A DNA stretch of 64,000 nt from an uncultured Chloroflexia bacterium (GTDB taxonomy: Bacteria; Chloroflexota; Chloroflexia; Thermomicrobiales; UBA6265), in the NCBI GenBank assembly GCA_963724295.1, contig CAVRUC010000007.1, positions 544,001-608,000 on the forward strand. Reading direction: 5' to 3'. Position 1 is the first letter of the stretch. The number at the start of each line of letters is the position of its first letter. The notes beneath the pieces are model-generated. The model did not search any database. It saw nothing but the letters and a program-made list of their open reading frames with translations, and was not told the DNA's origin. A program made the position numbers and the translations under genes. This document shows, piece after piece, positions 9,996 through 20,458 of this stretch.

Positions 9996-10031
9996 CAACT
10001 CAATTCAGACCTCCAAGAGTCGAATACCAAC

Positions 10032-11720
10032 TTACGCCTGGTCTAGCCAGACGTCGTTGTAATGCGGGTAGATGTCGTACTGGTGCGGCAGCCAGCCGTG
10101 GACGTTCGGTCGCGAGACCCAGACGCTATTGCGGACCACAAGCGGGATGGTTGGCAATTGCTCTGCCACCACTGCCTGGAACTGGTCCCCAGCTGCCGCG
10201 AGTTCCTCTGCGTTGGCAGCTTGCTTCCAGGCATCAATGGCGGCGTCGACATCCGGGAGCTTGGCTCGCCCCCAGTTTGAGCCACCGACCGTCGCGGTGA
10301 TGGAGCCGACGAACAGGATGAATACATCGATCGGCACGGGCCACAGATAGTAGAAGAGCGAGCTTTCGGCGCCCTCCTCGGATTCAAGCTTCGCGAAGTA
10401 CGAACCGCGATCGAGCGCCTCGATCGTGACCTCCATCCCGAGCTCGGCCAGCGATGCTTGTAGCACCGACGCGAGATCGCGATTGAACGACTCGGCCTGC
10501 ACGGTCAGGCTGAAGGCATGGCGGACGCCGTTCTTGGTGAGGATGCCGTCGTCTCCAGGCGTCCAGCCAAGCTCGGCGACCATTGATTTGGCCCGATCGA
10601 GGTCGAACTGGTTGAACTCTTCCACGGCCGAGTTGTAGTAGACGTCGGCCGGGGCGATCGGTCCGTAGAGCGGACCGCCCAGGTCGGCGAGCAACGCGGT
10701 CACGATGGCCTGGCGGTCGATCGCGTGCGACATCGCCTGCCGCATCGTCAGCTCGTGGAAGTCGAGGTCGGTGCGCAGGAAACTCGGGCTGAAGATGTAA
10801 CCAGACGGCTCGCTGAAGGTCGAAACGGAGAGGTCGGGGTTGGTCTGGAGCCGGGCTACGTCCTGCAGTGCGGGGTTGCGCAAGGTGTCGATCTCGGCGT
10901 TCTCGATGCGAACCGCGCGCTGTGCCGCCTCGAGGATCGTCTCCCAGCGAATGCCGTCGAGGTACGCCGAGCCTTTGTTGGTGAAGTACGGCACGATCGA
11001 GCCCGGGTAGTCCTCCCAGCGCGTCACCGTCATATGACTGCCTGGGACCCACTCTCCAAAGAGGAAGGGTCCGGTGCCGTCGACGCCGCTCTGGCCGTAC
11101 TGCTCGGCGAGCTCGTTGCGCGTCTCGATGTTCGCAATTGCCCAGAACCCGGTCTTCACCACGTTCAGCACCTCGTAGTAGGGATGCGCCATGGTGAGCA
11201 CGAGCGTCCGCTCGTCGACCGCTTCGATCGATTCCACGGGGGTGAAGAGGCTCCCCAGGGGCGACGCGTTCGCCGGGTCCATGACGGCGTCGTAGTCCTC
11301 TTTCACCGCCTCCGCGGTCAACGGCCGGCCGGAATGGAACAGACCGCCCTCCTTCAGGACAAACGTGACGGTTTTCCCGTCCTCGGACACCTCCCAGGAC
11401 TCGGCGAGGTTCGGCTGCAGACTTCCATCCGGCGCATCGATGAGGAGCGAATCGTAGAGCGCGTGGAACGCCGGGTCATACCAGTTGGTGGCCACCGGAT
11501 CGAGCGGAGAAAAATCGAGGTCGTAGCCCTCGCGCAAGGTGCCACCGACCACTGGCTCCTCTTGTGCCATAGGCGAGGCCGCCGCTTCCCGGGCCAGCAG
11601 TTGACCGAGCGCGGTGGCGGTGACTCCGAGAGCTGCCGATTTGATCAGGAGATCACGCCGGGACAGGCGCCCCGCGCGGTATCCCGCGAGAAGCTCGTGA
11701 ACCGTGACGCGGGTATCCAC
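10032..11720 (-). CDS. Peptide ABC transporter substrate-binding protein (family 5), Tat-exported
   Basis: 'LSRRDLL' twin-arginine motif, '[18 protein letters not shown]', 'GTGPF'; GTG start with GGAGG RBS. Confidence 0.9.
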   Translation of the reverse strand: MDTRVTVHELLAGYRAGRLSRRDLLIKSAALGVTATALGQLLAREAAASPMAQEEPVVGGTLREGYDLDFSPLDPVATNWYDPAFHALYDSLLIDAPDGSLQPNLAESWEVSEDGKTVTFVLKEGGLFHSGRPLTAEAVKEDYDAVMDPANASPLGSLFTPVESIEAVDERTLVLTMAHPYYEVLNVVKTGFWAIANIETRNELAEQYGQSGVDGTGPFLFGEWVPGSHMTVTRWEDYPGSIVPYFTNKGSAYLDGIRWETILEAAQRAVRIENAEIDTLRNPALQDVARLQTNPDLSVSTFSEPSGYIFSPSFLRTDLDFHELTMRQAMSHAIDRQAIVTALLADLGGPLYGPIAPADVYYNSAVEEFNQFDLDRAKSMVAELGWTPGDDGILTKNGVRHAFSLTVQAESFNRDLASVLQASLAELGMEVTIEALDRGSYFAKLESEEGAESSLFYYLWPVPIDVFILFVGSITATVGGSNWGRAKLPDVDAAIDAWKQAANAEELAAAGDQFQAVVAEQLPTIPLVVRNSVWVSRPNVHGWLPHQYDIYPHYNDVWLDQA

Positions 11721-11922
11721 TCGTATGCCTCCTTGCGATACGGGCCCCCGAGCCGCGACTGGCTCGTCTTGCCCGAGCGGACTACGGTCCGCGAGGATCA
11801 TAGCAAGTTGCGCCCTGCCACCGCCTGTGCTTAGATGGCGGCCTTCTACGCACCAGCAAACCGTCACAGTCAGAAGTGTCGGGACAGAGATACCTGGGCC
11901 CGGCTCAAGGGAAGCGAACGGG

Positions 11923-13577
11923 ATGGTTCAACCCGCCGTCGAGCGGTCGCTCGATGAAGCAGTCGTGGCGCCGGGTGATGAACGCCCCGTCCTCGAGATG
12001 GAGCACGTCTCGAAGCAGTTCGGGGCCACGCTGGCGCTCGACGATGTCTCCCTCGAGCTTCGACGTGGCGAGATCCACGCGCTGTTGGGCGAGAACGGGG
12101 CCGGCAAATCGACCCTGATCAAGATCATGACCGGCGTCCAGCACCAGGACGGCGGCGAGATCCGCATCGATGGCGCGCCGGTCCGCGTCACCTCCGCCCA
12201 GGACGCGCAGCGCCTCGGCGTCGCGGCTATCTACCAGGAACCGATGATTTTCCCGGACCTGTCGGTGGCCGAGAACATCTTCATTGGTCACCGTGACCGC
12301 GGCAAGATCGTCGACCGGCGGCGCATGGAACGCGAGGCGCGTGAGGTCCTGGCCCGGCTCGACGTGCGGCTCGACGTCGCCGAGCCGGCCCGCGGCCTGA
12401 CCCTCGCCGAACAGCAGACCGTCGAGATCGCCAAGGCCATCTCCCTCGACGTGCGCGTGCTGATCATGGACGAGCCGACGGCATCCCTCTCGGCCCATGA
12501 GGTACAACGGCTCTTCCGCATCGTGCACACCCTGCGCCAGCAAGGCGTGGCGATTCTTTTCATCTCCCACCGCATGGAAGAGGTCTTCGAGATCGCCGAT
12601 CGCGTCACGATCCTGCGCGACGGCCGCTGGATCTCGACCACGCCTCGCGCGGAGCTGACGCCGGCGACTGCCATCAGCCGCATGGTCGGGTCGCGAGGTG
12701 CGCGAGCTGTTCCGCCGCGAGCGGCGCGAACCGGGCGCGGTGCGGCTGTCGGTCCGCGGATCTGCGTCGCGAGGGCGCGTTTCAGGATGTCTCGTTCGAC
12801 CTCCGCGCCGGGGAGGTGCTCGGATTTGCCGGTCTGGTCGGAGCCCGGCGCACCGACGTGGGGCTGGCGCTCTTCGGGATCGCCCCCGCGGACGGGGGTC
12901 AGATCGATCTCGACGGAGCCCCGGTGTCCGTGTCCAGCCCGCGCGACGCCATGGCGCTGGGCATCGCCTACAGCACCGAGGACCGCCGCCAGCTTGGCCT
13001 CGTCATGCCGCTCTCGATCGCGGCGAACGTTTCGTTGCCGTCACTCCCCCGCTTCCTGACACCCGCCGGCATGGTGCGCCGCGCCGAGGAGCGGGCCACC
13101 GCCGAGGCATTCCGGCAACGGCTGAGCATCCGCGCCCCATCGGTCGATACGCCGGCGTCGTCGCTTTCCGGTGGCAACCAGCAAAAAGTCGTCATCAGCA
13201 AGTGGCTGGAGACGAACCCGAAAGTGATGATCCTCGACGAACCGACCCGTGGCATCGATGTCGGTGCCAAGGTGGAGGTCCATCAGCTGATCGACGACCT
13301 GGCGGCACGGGGCATGGCGATCATCCTCATCAGCTCGGATCTGCCGGAGGTGCTGGCCATGAGCGACCGCATCCTGGTCATGCGCGAGGGCCGCCAGATG
13401 GCCATCTTCGACCACCACGAGGCATCCCAGGAGCGGGTCCTTTCTGCGGCAATGGGGCAGTCCGGCGATATCGTGCCCAAAGGTGAAGGGATCGACCGCG
13501 AGGCCGGGGCCGAAGCGATCGCAACAATCGATCGGTTGGTTACAGGCGGCTCACTAGATGAGGAGGACCGCTCGTGA
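11923..13577 (+). CDS. Sugar (rhamnose-type) ABC transporter ATP-binding protein, frameshifted near 12690-12780
   Basis: Walker A 'GENGAGKST' and 'IMDEPTASL' in the first frame; second NBD '[22 protein letters not shown]' in another frame. Confidence 0.88.
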
Positions 13578-14644
13578 GCGAGGCGATTTTGCGTCGCATT
13601 CGGCCCGAGCAGTTCCGCGAGGTCATCCTGCTCGCCGTGACCGTCGGATTGCTTCTCTTTTTCGCGTCTCAGATTCCGAACTATTTCGACCCGCGCAGTG
13701 TGAACCGGCTCACGACTGGTCTGGCCATCACCCTGGTCGTCGCGGTCGGGCAGGTGCTCGTGGTGTTGACCCGCAATATCGACCTGTCGGTCTCTTCGAC
13801 GGTTGGGCTGACAGCCTATGTGGTCGGCACGCTGCTGACTCGATACCAGGATATGCCGCCTTTAGTGGCACTCTTGCTTGCCATGGTGATCGGTCTGGTG
13901 CTGGGCTCGATCAATGGCCTGATCGTGGCGTACGGCGGGGTGCCCTCCATCATCGCCACCCTCGGGACGCTGGCGCTCTATCGGGTGGTGCTGGTCGAGT
14001 TCTCCGGGGCACGGACCGTCACCACGGCCGATCTCCCGGATTGGCTGAACGACGTGCCGAGTGCAACCGTGCTATCGGCCGGTGGTTACGACCTGCGGCT
14101 GATGGTCGCCATCGCGCTGCTGGTCGCTCTGCTGGGCCAGCTGACACTCCGCTATCTGCCGTTTGGGCGACGGCTCTACGCCATCGGCTCGAACCCGGAA
14201 GCGGCGCGCACCGCCGGACTTCCGGTGCAACGGACGGTCTTCACCGCGTTCTCCATCTGCGGCGCCCTCTCGGGCCTGGCGGGATTCATGTTCCTGGTGC
14301 GATTCGGCAACATCACGGTCACCGCTGCGCAGGGTCTGGAGCTACAGGTCGTCGCCGCGGTCGTGGTCGGTGGCGTCAACATCTTTGGTGGATCGGGCTC
14401 GGTGATTGGCGCGATGCTCGGTGTGCTGATGATCGAGACCCTGCAGCAGAGTTTGTTGCGCTGGGCGGGCCTCAGCGAGTTCGTCAAAGACGCGATCCTC
14501 GGGGTACTCATCCTGATCGCCGTTGCCGCTGACGCCATCATCCTGGGCCGGCTGCGGGAGATGTGGGTCCGCGTCCGCCGGCGTGACCAGGCACGCGCGC
14601 AGGCCGCCTTCTCCGAGGAGAGAGGAGTGGTTCATGGCGCGTGA
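13574..14644 (+). CDS. Sugar ABC transporter permease (RhaP/RbsC-like)
   Basis: 'LTRNIDLSV', '[11 protein letters not shown]', '[21 protein letters not shown]'. Confidence 0.92.
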   Translation: MSEAILRRIRPEQFREVILLAVTVGLLLFFASQIPNYFDPRSVNRLTTGLAITLVVAVGQVLVVLTRNIDLSVSSTVGLTAYVVGTLLTRYQDMPPLVALLLAMVIGLVLGSINGLIVAYGGVPSIIATLGTLALYRVVLVEFSGARTVTTADLPDWLNDVPSATVLSAGGYDLRLMVAIALLVALLGQLTLRYLPFGRRLYAIGSNPEAARTAGLPVQRTVFTAFSICGALSGLAGFMFLVRFGNITVTAAQGLELQVVAAVVVGGVNIFGGSGSVIGAMLGVLMIETLQQSLLRWAGLSEFVKDAILGVLILIAVAADAIILGRLREMWVRVRRRDQARAQAAFSEERGVVHGA

Positions 14645-15671
14645 GCTGCTGCGTCGCCTGCGCAGCTGGGAGGGGCTGCTCCTCGTCGTCCTGCTGGTGG
14701 TCCTGGCCTACAACATCACCCGCGTCCCGAACTTCCTCACCATCAGCAACCAGGTCAATCTCTTTCAGCTGGGCATCGAGAAGGCGATCGTGGTCCTGAT
14801 CATGACCTTCGTCATCATCAGCGGCGAGATCGACTTGTCTGTTGCCTCGATGATGGGTCTCTCAGCGGCTGTGACTGCCTCTCTCTATCGAATCCGGAGC
14901 GCCGATGGTGCTGGCGATCCTGGTAGCCCTGAGCGTCGGCGCGGCATTCGGTCTGTTCAATGGGTACTTCGTTGCCAAGTCGTGGGGTTGAGCTCGTTAG
15001 CCGTCACCCTGGCGGGTTACATCGGATTCCGGGGTCTGGCGAGATTGCTCGTGCAGGACCGTTCCGTCGGTGGATTCCCTGCTTGGTTCACGAACCTGGG
15101 ACAGCACGGTCTGATTGGACCATTGACGCTTTCGATCCTGATTTTTGCCGGGCTTGCGATCGTCGCCGCTGTAGTGCTTCATTTCAGCGGGTTCGGTCGT
15201 CTCACCTATGTCATTGGCAACAGTGCCCAGGTCGCGAAATTCTCCGGCGTCTCGGTCGCGCGGACGAAATTCATCATCTTCATGATGAGTGGTCTCATCT
15301 CCGCGCTGGCCGGGGTGCTGATGGCTGCTCGCCTCGGCGCGGTGCGGGCCAGCACCGCGGAGGGCTTCGAGCTCGACATCATCACCGTCGTACTCCTCGG
15401 CGGGGTCAGCATCTTCGGTGGGGTTGGCTCGATGATCGGCGTGCTTCTCTCCACCTATCTCGTGCTCAATCTGCGAAACGGTCTGATCATCGCCGGCGTC
15501 ACCGGCAACACCCAGACCGGGATCATCGGCCTGCTGCTGATCCTGTCCGTGCTCCTACCGAATCTGGCGGAGCGTGTGCAGGAGCGCCTGCGACGGCAGG
15601 TCGACCCGAGCGTGCGCGCGCCACCGGATCGGATGACGGAGCCAACGCGCTCGCCGGCCGCGCCCGGTTAG
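14634..15671 (+). CDS. Sugar ABC transporter permease (RhaQ-like), with an internal compensated frameshift at ~14890-14980
   Basis: 'IISGEIDLSVAS', 'FELDIITVVLLGGVSIFGG'; a hydrophilic out-of-frame stretch interrupts the transmembrane pattern. Confidence 0.88.
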   Translation: MARELLRRLRSWEGLLLVVLLVVLAYNITRVPNFLTISNQVNLFQLGIEKAIVVLIMTFVIISGEIDLSVASMMGLSAAVTASLYRIRSADGAGDPGSPERRRGIRSVQWVLRCQVVGLSSLAVTLAGYIGFRGLARLLVQDRSVGGFPAWFTNLGQHGLIGPLTLSILIFAGLAIVAAVVLHFSGFGRLTYVIGNSAQVAKFSGVSVARTKFIIFMMSGLISALAGVLMAARLGAVRASTAEGFELDIITVVLLGGVSIFGGVGSMIGVLLSTYLVLNLRNGLIIAGVTGNTQTGIIGLLLILSVLLPNLAERVQERLRRQVDPSVRAPPDRMTEPTRSPAAPG

Positions 15672-15752
15672 CCAGATTGCCGCGCCCATCCGTGGGAAGA
15701 TCATGCGATGATGACGGCCGGCAATCTTCGAATCGACGAAGAGGAGGAACAG

Positions 15753-16861
15753 GTGAACTTACCCGCGACGAGGCGTCGATTGTTGAGCGGCGTGATGGGC
15801 GCCGGTTTGCTGGTAGCAACGATGGGGCCTGCCACATTGGCGCAGACCCCGGTCGCGGGGAGCCCAGTCTCCGGCGAGGCAGTCACCGCGGAGCCCGGGC
15901 AGGACGTCAAGATGATGTTGCTGCCCAAGTTCCTGGGGATCCTCCCCTTCGACCAGGCGAACCAGGGCGCCCAGGAAGCGGCCGCCGAGCTGCAAAACCC
16001 GACCGCCGTTCGACTTCGTCGGTCCGACCGCCGAGAACAGCGTTGCCGGGCAGATCGAATTCGTGACCAACGCGCCGGCTGGTGGTTACGACGTCGTCAT
16101 GCTCTCGAACAACTCCGGCGACCAGATCGTGCCCGCGGCCGTTGCCGCGCAGGAGGCCGGAACCAAGTCGTCACCTGGGACTCTCCGATCCCAACCGGCG
16201 AAGGTGAAGACGCTCTTCGTGGCCCAGGTGGACTTCGACGAGACCGGTCAGGTGATGGCCGAGATGGCGCTCTCGATCCTGGGTGAGGACGGCGGTCAGT
16301 TCGCGATACTCTCGGCGTCGCCAGATGCCGCCAACCAGAATGCCTGGATCGCGGCGATGGAGACGGCGCTCGGAGGATCCGAAAGTACGCCAATCTCGAG
16401 CTGCTGGAGATCGTCTACGGCGATGACCAGTCAGAGAAGAGCTACGAGCAGGCCCAGGCGCTCATCTCCAAGTACCCGGACATGGAGCTGATCATGGCTC
16501 CGACTTCGGTCGGCATCGTCTCGGCAGCGAAGGCCCTTCAGGACGAAGGGCTCTGCGAGGAGATCAAGGTCTCCGGACTGGGCGTGCCGGCGGAGATGCT
16601 TGAGTACACCCAGAACGGTTGCGCGCCCGAGTTCGCGCTTGTGGAGCTTCGTCGACCTTGGCTACCTGACGTACTACGTCTCCTACCTGCTGGCGACTGG
16701 CGCGATCGAGGGCGTGGAAGGCGAAACGGTTCGTGGCTGGCCGCCTGGGCGAGTACGAGATCACTAAGGACCCGACGCGGCCAGATGTCGACGCGCTGCG
16801 CGTGCTGATGGGTCCGTTCACCGTCTACAACATCGACAACGTCGAGGAGGCCGCGGGGTAG
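15753..16861 (+). CDS. Rhamnose/AI-2-type sugar ABC substrate-binding protein (RhaS-like), multiple frameshifts
   Basis: Tat 'TRRRLL', 'LLPKFLG', 'VVTWDSP', '[15 protein letters not shown]', 'IMAPTSVGI', 'IKVSGLG.P.EM' spread over several frames. Confidence 0.82.
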
Positions 16862-16878
16862 CGTTTCGCGGCGCATAA

Positions 16879-16909
16879 ACCGTCCCCGGCCAGCTTGGCC
16901 GGGGACGGT
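16879..16909. terminator. GC-rich hairpin downstream of the sugar ABC operon
   Basis: accgtccccggcca-gct-tggccggggacggt, perfect 14-bp stem. Confidence 0.6.
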
Positions 16910-17095
16910 GTCCATACGCATACGGCAAGGGCCAGCCGAACACCGAGCGCCTCAGCAACGATGGGAGCGACAGAACGGTGTTTGCTCCTGGATGGACAGG
17001 AAACGCCGATCGGGCCGCGGATGCCGCGGCCCGATCGGGATGAGAGACAACGCGTTGGTGGTCGGTCTCGCTCTCGACTTCAGAGAATGGACCCG

Positions 17096-17881
17096 CTAGT
17101 CCGCTCCCAAATAACGACTGAGGGACAGTTCAATGGCGCGGAACTGCGCCAAGAGTTCGGCGGCAGTCGGTGCCGGCAGATCATCGACGCTCGCGTCGAC
17201 TTCGGCGCTGCTCGCCTCCACCACGGCGGTCAAGGCGTTCTCTTGCAGACTTCCCAGGTCCTGGGAGAGCAGCGCCTGCTGCGCGGCGAGCACCCGGGTC
17301 TGCTTGCTGGCGGTGCTGGCAGCCAGGTGCCCGATGGAGGCGCGGCTCGCCTCAACTGACCCATAACCACTTGTCTGGTCCCATGATGAGCCTGCGGCCA
17401 CAACCGCAAGCAGCACGTCTTCTTGCAGGCTGCCGAGGTTCTGGGATTGCAACGCTTGCTGCGCCGCCAGTACCCGACTTGCGTCGACCGATGATTCTGG
17501 CGCGATCATTCCTACCGGCACCGAGCGGACATCGGCCGGGACCTGTGTCGTGCTGGCGGCCGGATGTCCGATTGCGGCGCGGCTGGCCTCGACCGCGCCA
17601 TACCCGCTTGTCGCGTCCCAGGAGGGAACGGCGGCTACGATGGCGAGCAAGTGCTCTTCCTGCATGCTGCCGATGTCGCCGTTCAGCAATGCGCGCTCCG
17701 CAACGAGAGCGCGGGCGGCCCGCACCTCGTCGGCACTGGTCTCGTCCACTGATGGAGCGGCGACCGGAGCCAGGGCTGCGACCTCCTCCTCCGCATTGAC
17801 CGCGACCGGTGCGAGCAGCGTAAGAGCGAACACCGTGGCGATACCGAAGGCTAGACTCCGAGTCCGATAGTTCATGGACAT
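17096..17881 (-). CDS. Secreted hypothetical protein with ~2.5 internal repeats (SWDxTSGYGxVEASRA)
   Basis: Signal peptide 'RTRSLAFGIATVFALTLLAPVAVNA', AAAGGA RBS, repeated ~55-aa units. Confidence 0.8.
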   Translation of the reverse strand: MSMNYRTRSLAFGIATVFALTLLAPVAVNAEEEVAALAPVAAPSVDETSADEVRAARALVAERALLNGDIGSMQEEHLLAIVAAVPSWDATSGYGAVEASRAAIGHPAASTTQVPADVRSVPVGMIAPESSVDASRVLAAQQALQSQNLGSLQEDVLLAVVAAGSSWDQTSGYGSVEASRASIGHLAASTASKQTRVLAAQQALLSQDLGSLQENALTAVVEASSAEVDASVDDLPAPTAAELLAQFRAIELSLSRYLGAD

Positions 17882-18556
17882 CGTTGGTTCCTTTCTGACC
17901 GTCTGACACATGGTCGGTGGCTCGGGTCGCCTGGCGCCTTCGCGACACGAGCCTTGGATCGACTCGGCTCACCCGGATGCGAGCCCTGCTCGGTTGGGAC
18001 CTGGCGGCCTCGTCCTAACACTCTCGAAGCTTGAGCCCACAACGTCTCAGCACCATCTGCATAATTACTTAGATATCTACTGAGATTTCTGGTACCGGAT
18101 GCGATCCCAGCGGGGGTGGGGGTTGGTACTTCCGTCCTGGCACGCGCCCAGCATCCACCCGCGCGGCGTGCGGCGAGACGCAGCCCGTACGCCTCGCGCA
18201 CGCATCCTGGACGCATGCTGTCCTAGTTGGGTAGGAGCCGATTGCTACGCTTCGCTGACCTCGCAGAACTCGGAACTGATCGGCACAATCGTGGACGCGG
18301 GGAGACTAGCAATCAGGGCTAACCGGGGCTCGCGAGGAGAGGCGCAGCTCCACTGCGTACCTGGCGCCGCACTGTCGCAGGAGGCCCTGAAGCTGTCTTG
18401 GACACGGTCGAGCTGGAGGGGAAAAGACGACGAGTGGTCAACTGGCGAAGCTTTTGCGGTTTCCGCGCTACTGTGAAGCCGTCCGGGCCGCTACTCGTGC
18501 TAACCGGTGCGGGAGGAGTCTGCTGAACGGGTCCGGCTCCGGTTCCGTTCTTGACC

Positions 18557-19708
18557 CTACCAGAGCCGAGCAGTAGCCAGCCGAGAGCCTTCCGCGAGGC
18601 TGGCCAGCTTGGCGTAGGCGACGTCAGGCACGACGGCGGACCGGCCGGCGATCGTTGCGAAACCGCAATCGGTACCCGCGATCACCCGCTCCCGCCCGAC
18701 CACGCTCACGTATCGATCGATCCGCTGCGCCACCGTCTCAGGGTGCTCGATGGCGTTGGTACAGGTGTCGATGACGCCTGGGATGAGCACTTTCTCCGGA
18801 GGGAGTGGGATCTCGGCAAACACCGCCCATTCGTGCTCGTGGCGAGGATTGGCTCCCTCGATCGAGAGACCGTTTGCATTCACCCGATACAGGATGTCCA
18901 GAATCTCGGCGAGGGGTACGTCGTGGTGGTGAGGACCAGGGTAGTTGCCCCAGCAGACGTGGACGCGAACCCGCTCGGGATCGATGCCCTCAAGCGCCCG
19001 GTTGAGGACCTCCACGTGGAGCTCGATCTCGGCCCGGAACTCCGAGATCGACATCTTGGAAAACTCCAGGTGGCGACCGAGGGCGAGATCGGGACAATCG
19101 ACCTGGAGGAGGAATCCGCGGCTGGCGATTGCCCGGTACTCCTCACCCAGGGCTTCGCCAAGCGCGTCCAGGAAGTCCCGGCGGCTTGAGTAGTGCGTCG
19201 TGCCCATAAGCATGGCGACACTGCCGGGCGAGACCGCCGGAAGGAACGCCTCCCCCACAGGCTGGTTCTCGATTTCGGCAGATAAGGCGTCCAGGTCCGC
19301 GGCAAGCTGGTCCCATCCGATGTAGGCGATCGGACCGTCATTGGTTGGCATCGCTGGCCGTGACAACTCTTTGCCGTCGGAGAAGAAGAGGCGTTGCGCT
19401 ACCTCCGGGAAGTCGAGCAGGTCTCGTGGCGCAAATGGGCGGGGCGCGGCCGGCCCCTGGAAGCCGCTCAAGCGATCTTTCACGTAGTGGGCGAAACCGG
19501 GCTTGCCCATCTCGCCATCGCTGATGACGTCGATCCCGGCCGCGACTTGCCGCTGCACGGCTTCGCGCACGGCAGCCCGCACCCGCTCGCGCAGGTGCTC
19601 GCCATCGGAAAGTGATCCGTCTGAACCGAGGAGCGCCGCGGCCAGGGCGGCCGGCCGGGGCAGACTGCCGGTATGGGTGGTGAGGATCCGCTCCGTACTT
19701 CGCTTCAC
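18557..19708 (-). CDS. Cobalamin-independent methionine synthase II (core MetE-like) family protein
   Basis: 'ILTTHTGSLPRP', 'ISDGEMGK', Zn ligands in 'HVCWGN' and 'GTDCGF'. Confidence 0.9.
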   Translation of the reverse strand: MKRSTERILTTHTGSLPRPAALAAALLGSDGSLSDGEHLRERVRAAVREAVQRQVAAGIDVISDGEMGKPGFAHYVKDRLSGFQGPAAPRPFAPRDLLDFPEVAQRLFFSDGKELSRPAMPTNDGPIAYIGWDQLAADLDALSAEIENQPVGEAFLPAVSPGSVAMLMGTTHYSSRRDFLDALGEALGEEYRAIASRGFLLQVDCPDLALGRHLEFSKMSISEFRAEIELHVEVLNRALEGIDPERVRVHVCWGNYPGPHHHDVPLAEILDILYRVNANGLSIEGANPRHEHEWAVFAEIPLPPEKVLIPGVIDTCTNAIEHPETVAQRIDRYVSVVGRERVIAGTDCGFATIAGRSAVVPDVAYAKLASLAEGSRLATARLW

Positions 19709-19740
19709 ATGCCCGCCTGCAAACGACGGAATGTCACACG

Positions 19741-20283
19741 CTAGACCACTGGGGCTGCTTCCAGTTGCGCGATCGCGGCCTGCAGATGATCCTGCCCGAT
19801 GGCGTAATCACCCCGTTCCACGCGCAGCCGGTGCGCCAGCTCGAAGACGGCGCGCCTGGAAATGCCTGGCGGCGGCTCGAACGTGTAGGTTGCCAGCTCC
19901 AGCAGAAGGCCGTTGGGGTCGCGAAAGTAGAGCGAATCCATGAACCCGCGATCGACGCGACCGGTGTTCGGGAATCCCAGCTTTTCCAGCCCCTCCGCCG
20001 CTCGGTCGAACGTTTCGCGGGAAACGGCGTAAGCGATGTGGTGGACGTTGCCGACCACTTCCGGTACGGGCGTGCTATCGGTGGCCCGCCGCTCGCGAAC
20101 AAAGAAGGTGATCAGGCCACCATCGCCGGCGTCGAAGTAGAGATGGATCTCCTCGGGTACGTCGAGATTTGGCTGCTCGAAGATGAGCGGCATACCGAGG
20201 ACGCCCTGATAGAAATCGATCGTATCCTGCCGGTTCGAACCGATCAGGGTGATGTGGTGCACGCCGGTCGTTGGAATCTCCAT
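19741..20283 (-). CDS. VOC family protein (glyoxalase/ring-cleaving dioxygenase-like)
   Basis: 'GVHHITL', 'VHHIAY', 'SLYFRDPNGLLLELA'. Confidence 0.88.
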   Translation of the reverse strand: MEIPTTGVHHITLIGSNRQDTIDFYQGVLGMPLIFEQPNLDVPEEIHLYFDAGDGGLITFFVRERRATDSTPVPEVVGNVHHIAYAVSRETFDRAAEGLEKLGFPNTGRVDRGFMDSLYFRDPNGLLLELATYTFEPPPGISRRAVFELAHRLRVERGDYAIGQDHLQAAIAQLEAAPVV

Positions 20284-20298
20284 CGCATCCTCCAAAGG

Positions 20299-20418
20299 GT
20301 GTCATTCCGAGCCCGCCGACCATGTGTCATTCCGAGCCCTCAGGCGAGGAATCTCGGCGATTCAGAACGAACGCGGCCTGCGGCCGAGATGCTGCAAGTT
20401 CGTTCATCAGCATGACAC
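20299..20418. repeat. Palindromic MITE/REP-like element, copy 1 (GTGTCATyCCGAG ... ATGACAC)
   Basis: Left end duplicated 25 bp apart, internal AATCTCGGC/GCCGAGAT inverted repeat, terminal GTGTCAT/ATGACAC; same architecture as 35293-35403. Confidence 0.7.
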
Positions 20419-20458
20419 CGGTACGCTGTCGCGATCCTCGGTATCGCCACGCGGCGCG

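Noticed and set aside
8900..16800. Many frameshifts in the ABC genes and the Cys-rich gene as programmed frameshifting or mass pseudogenisation
   Set aside because: Indels are clustered, sometimes mutually compensating, lack slippery motifs and come without other decay; long-read consensus error is more parsimonious, though this cannot be proved without reads
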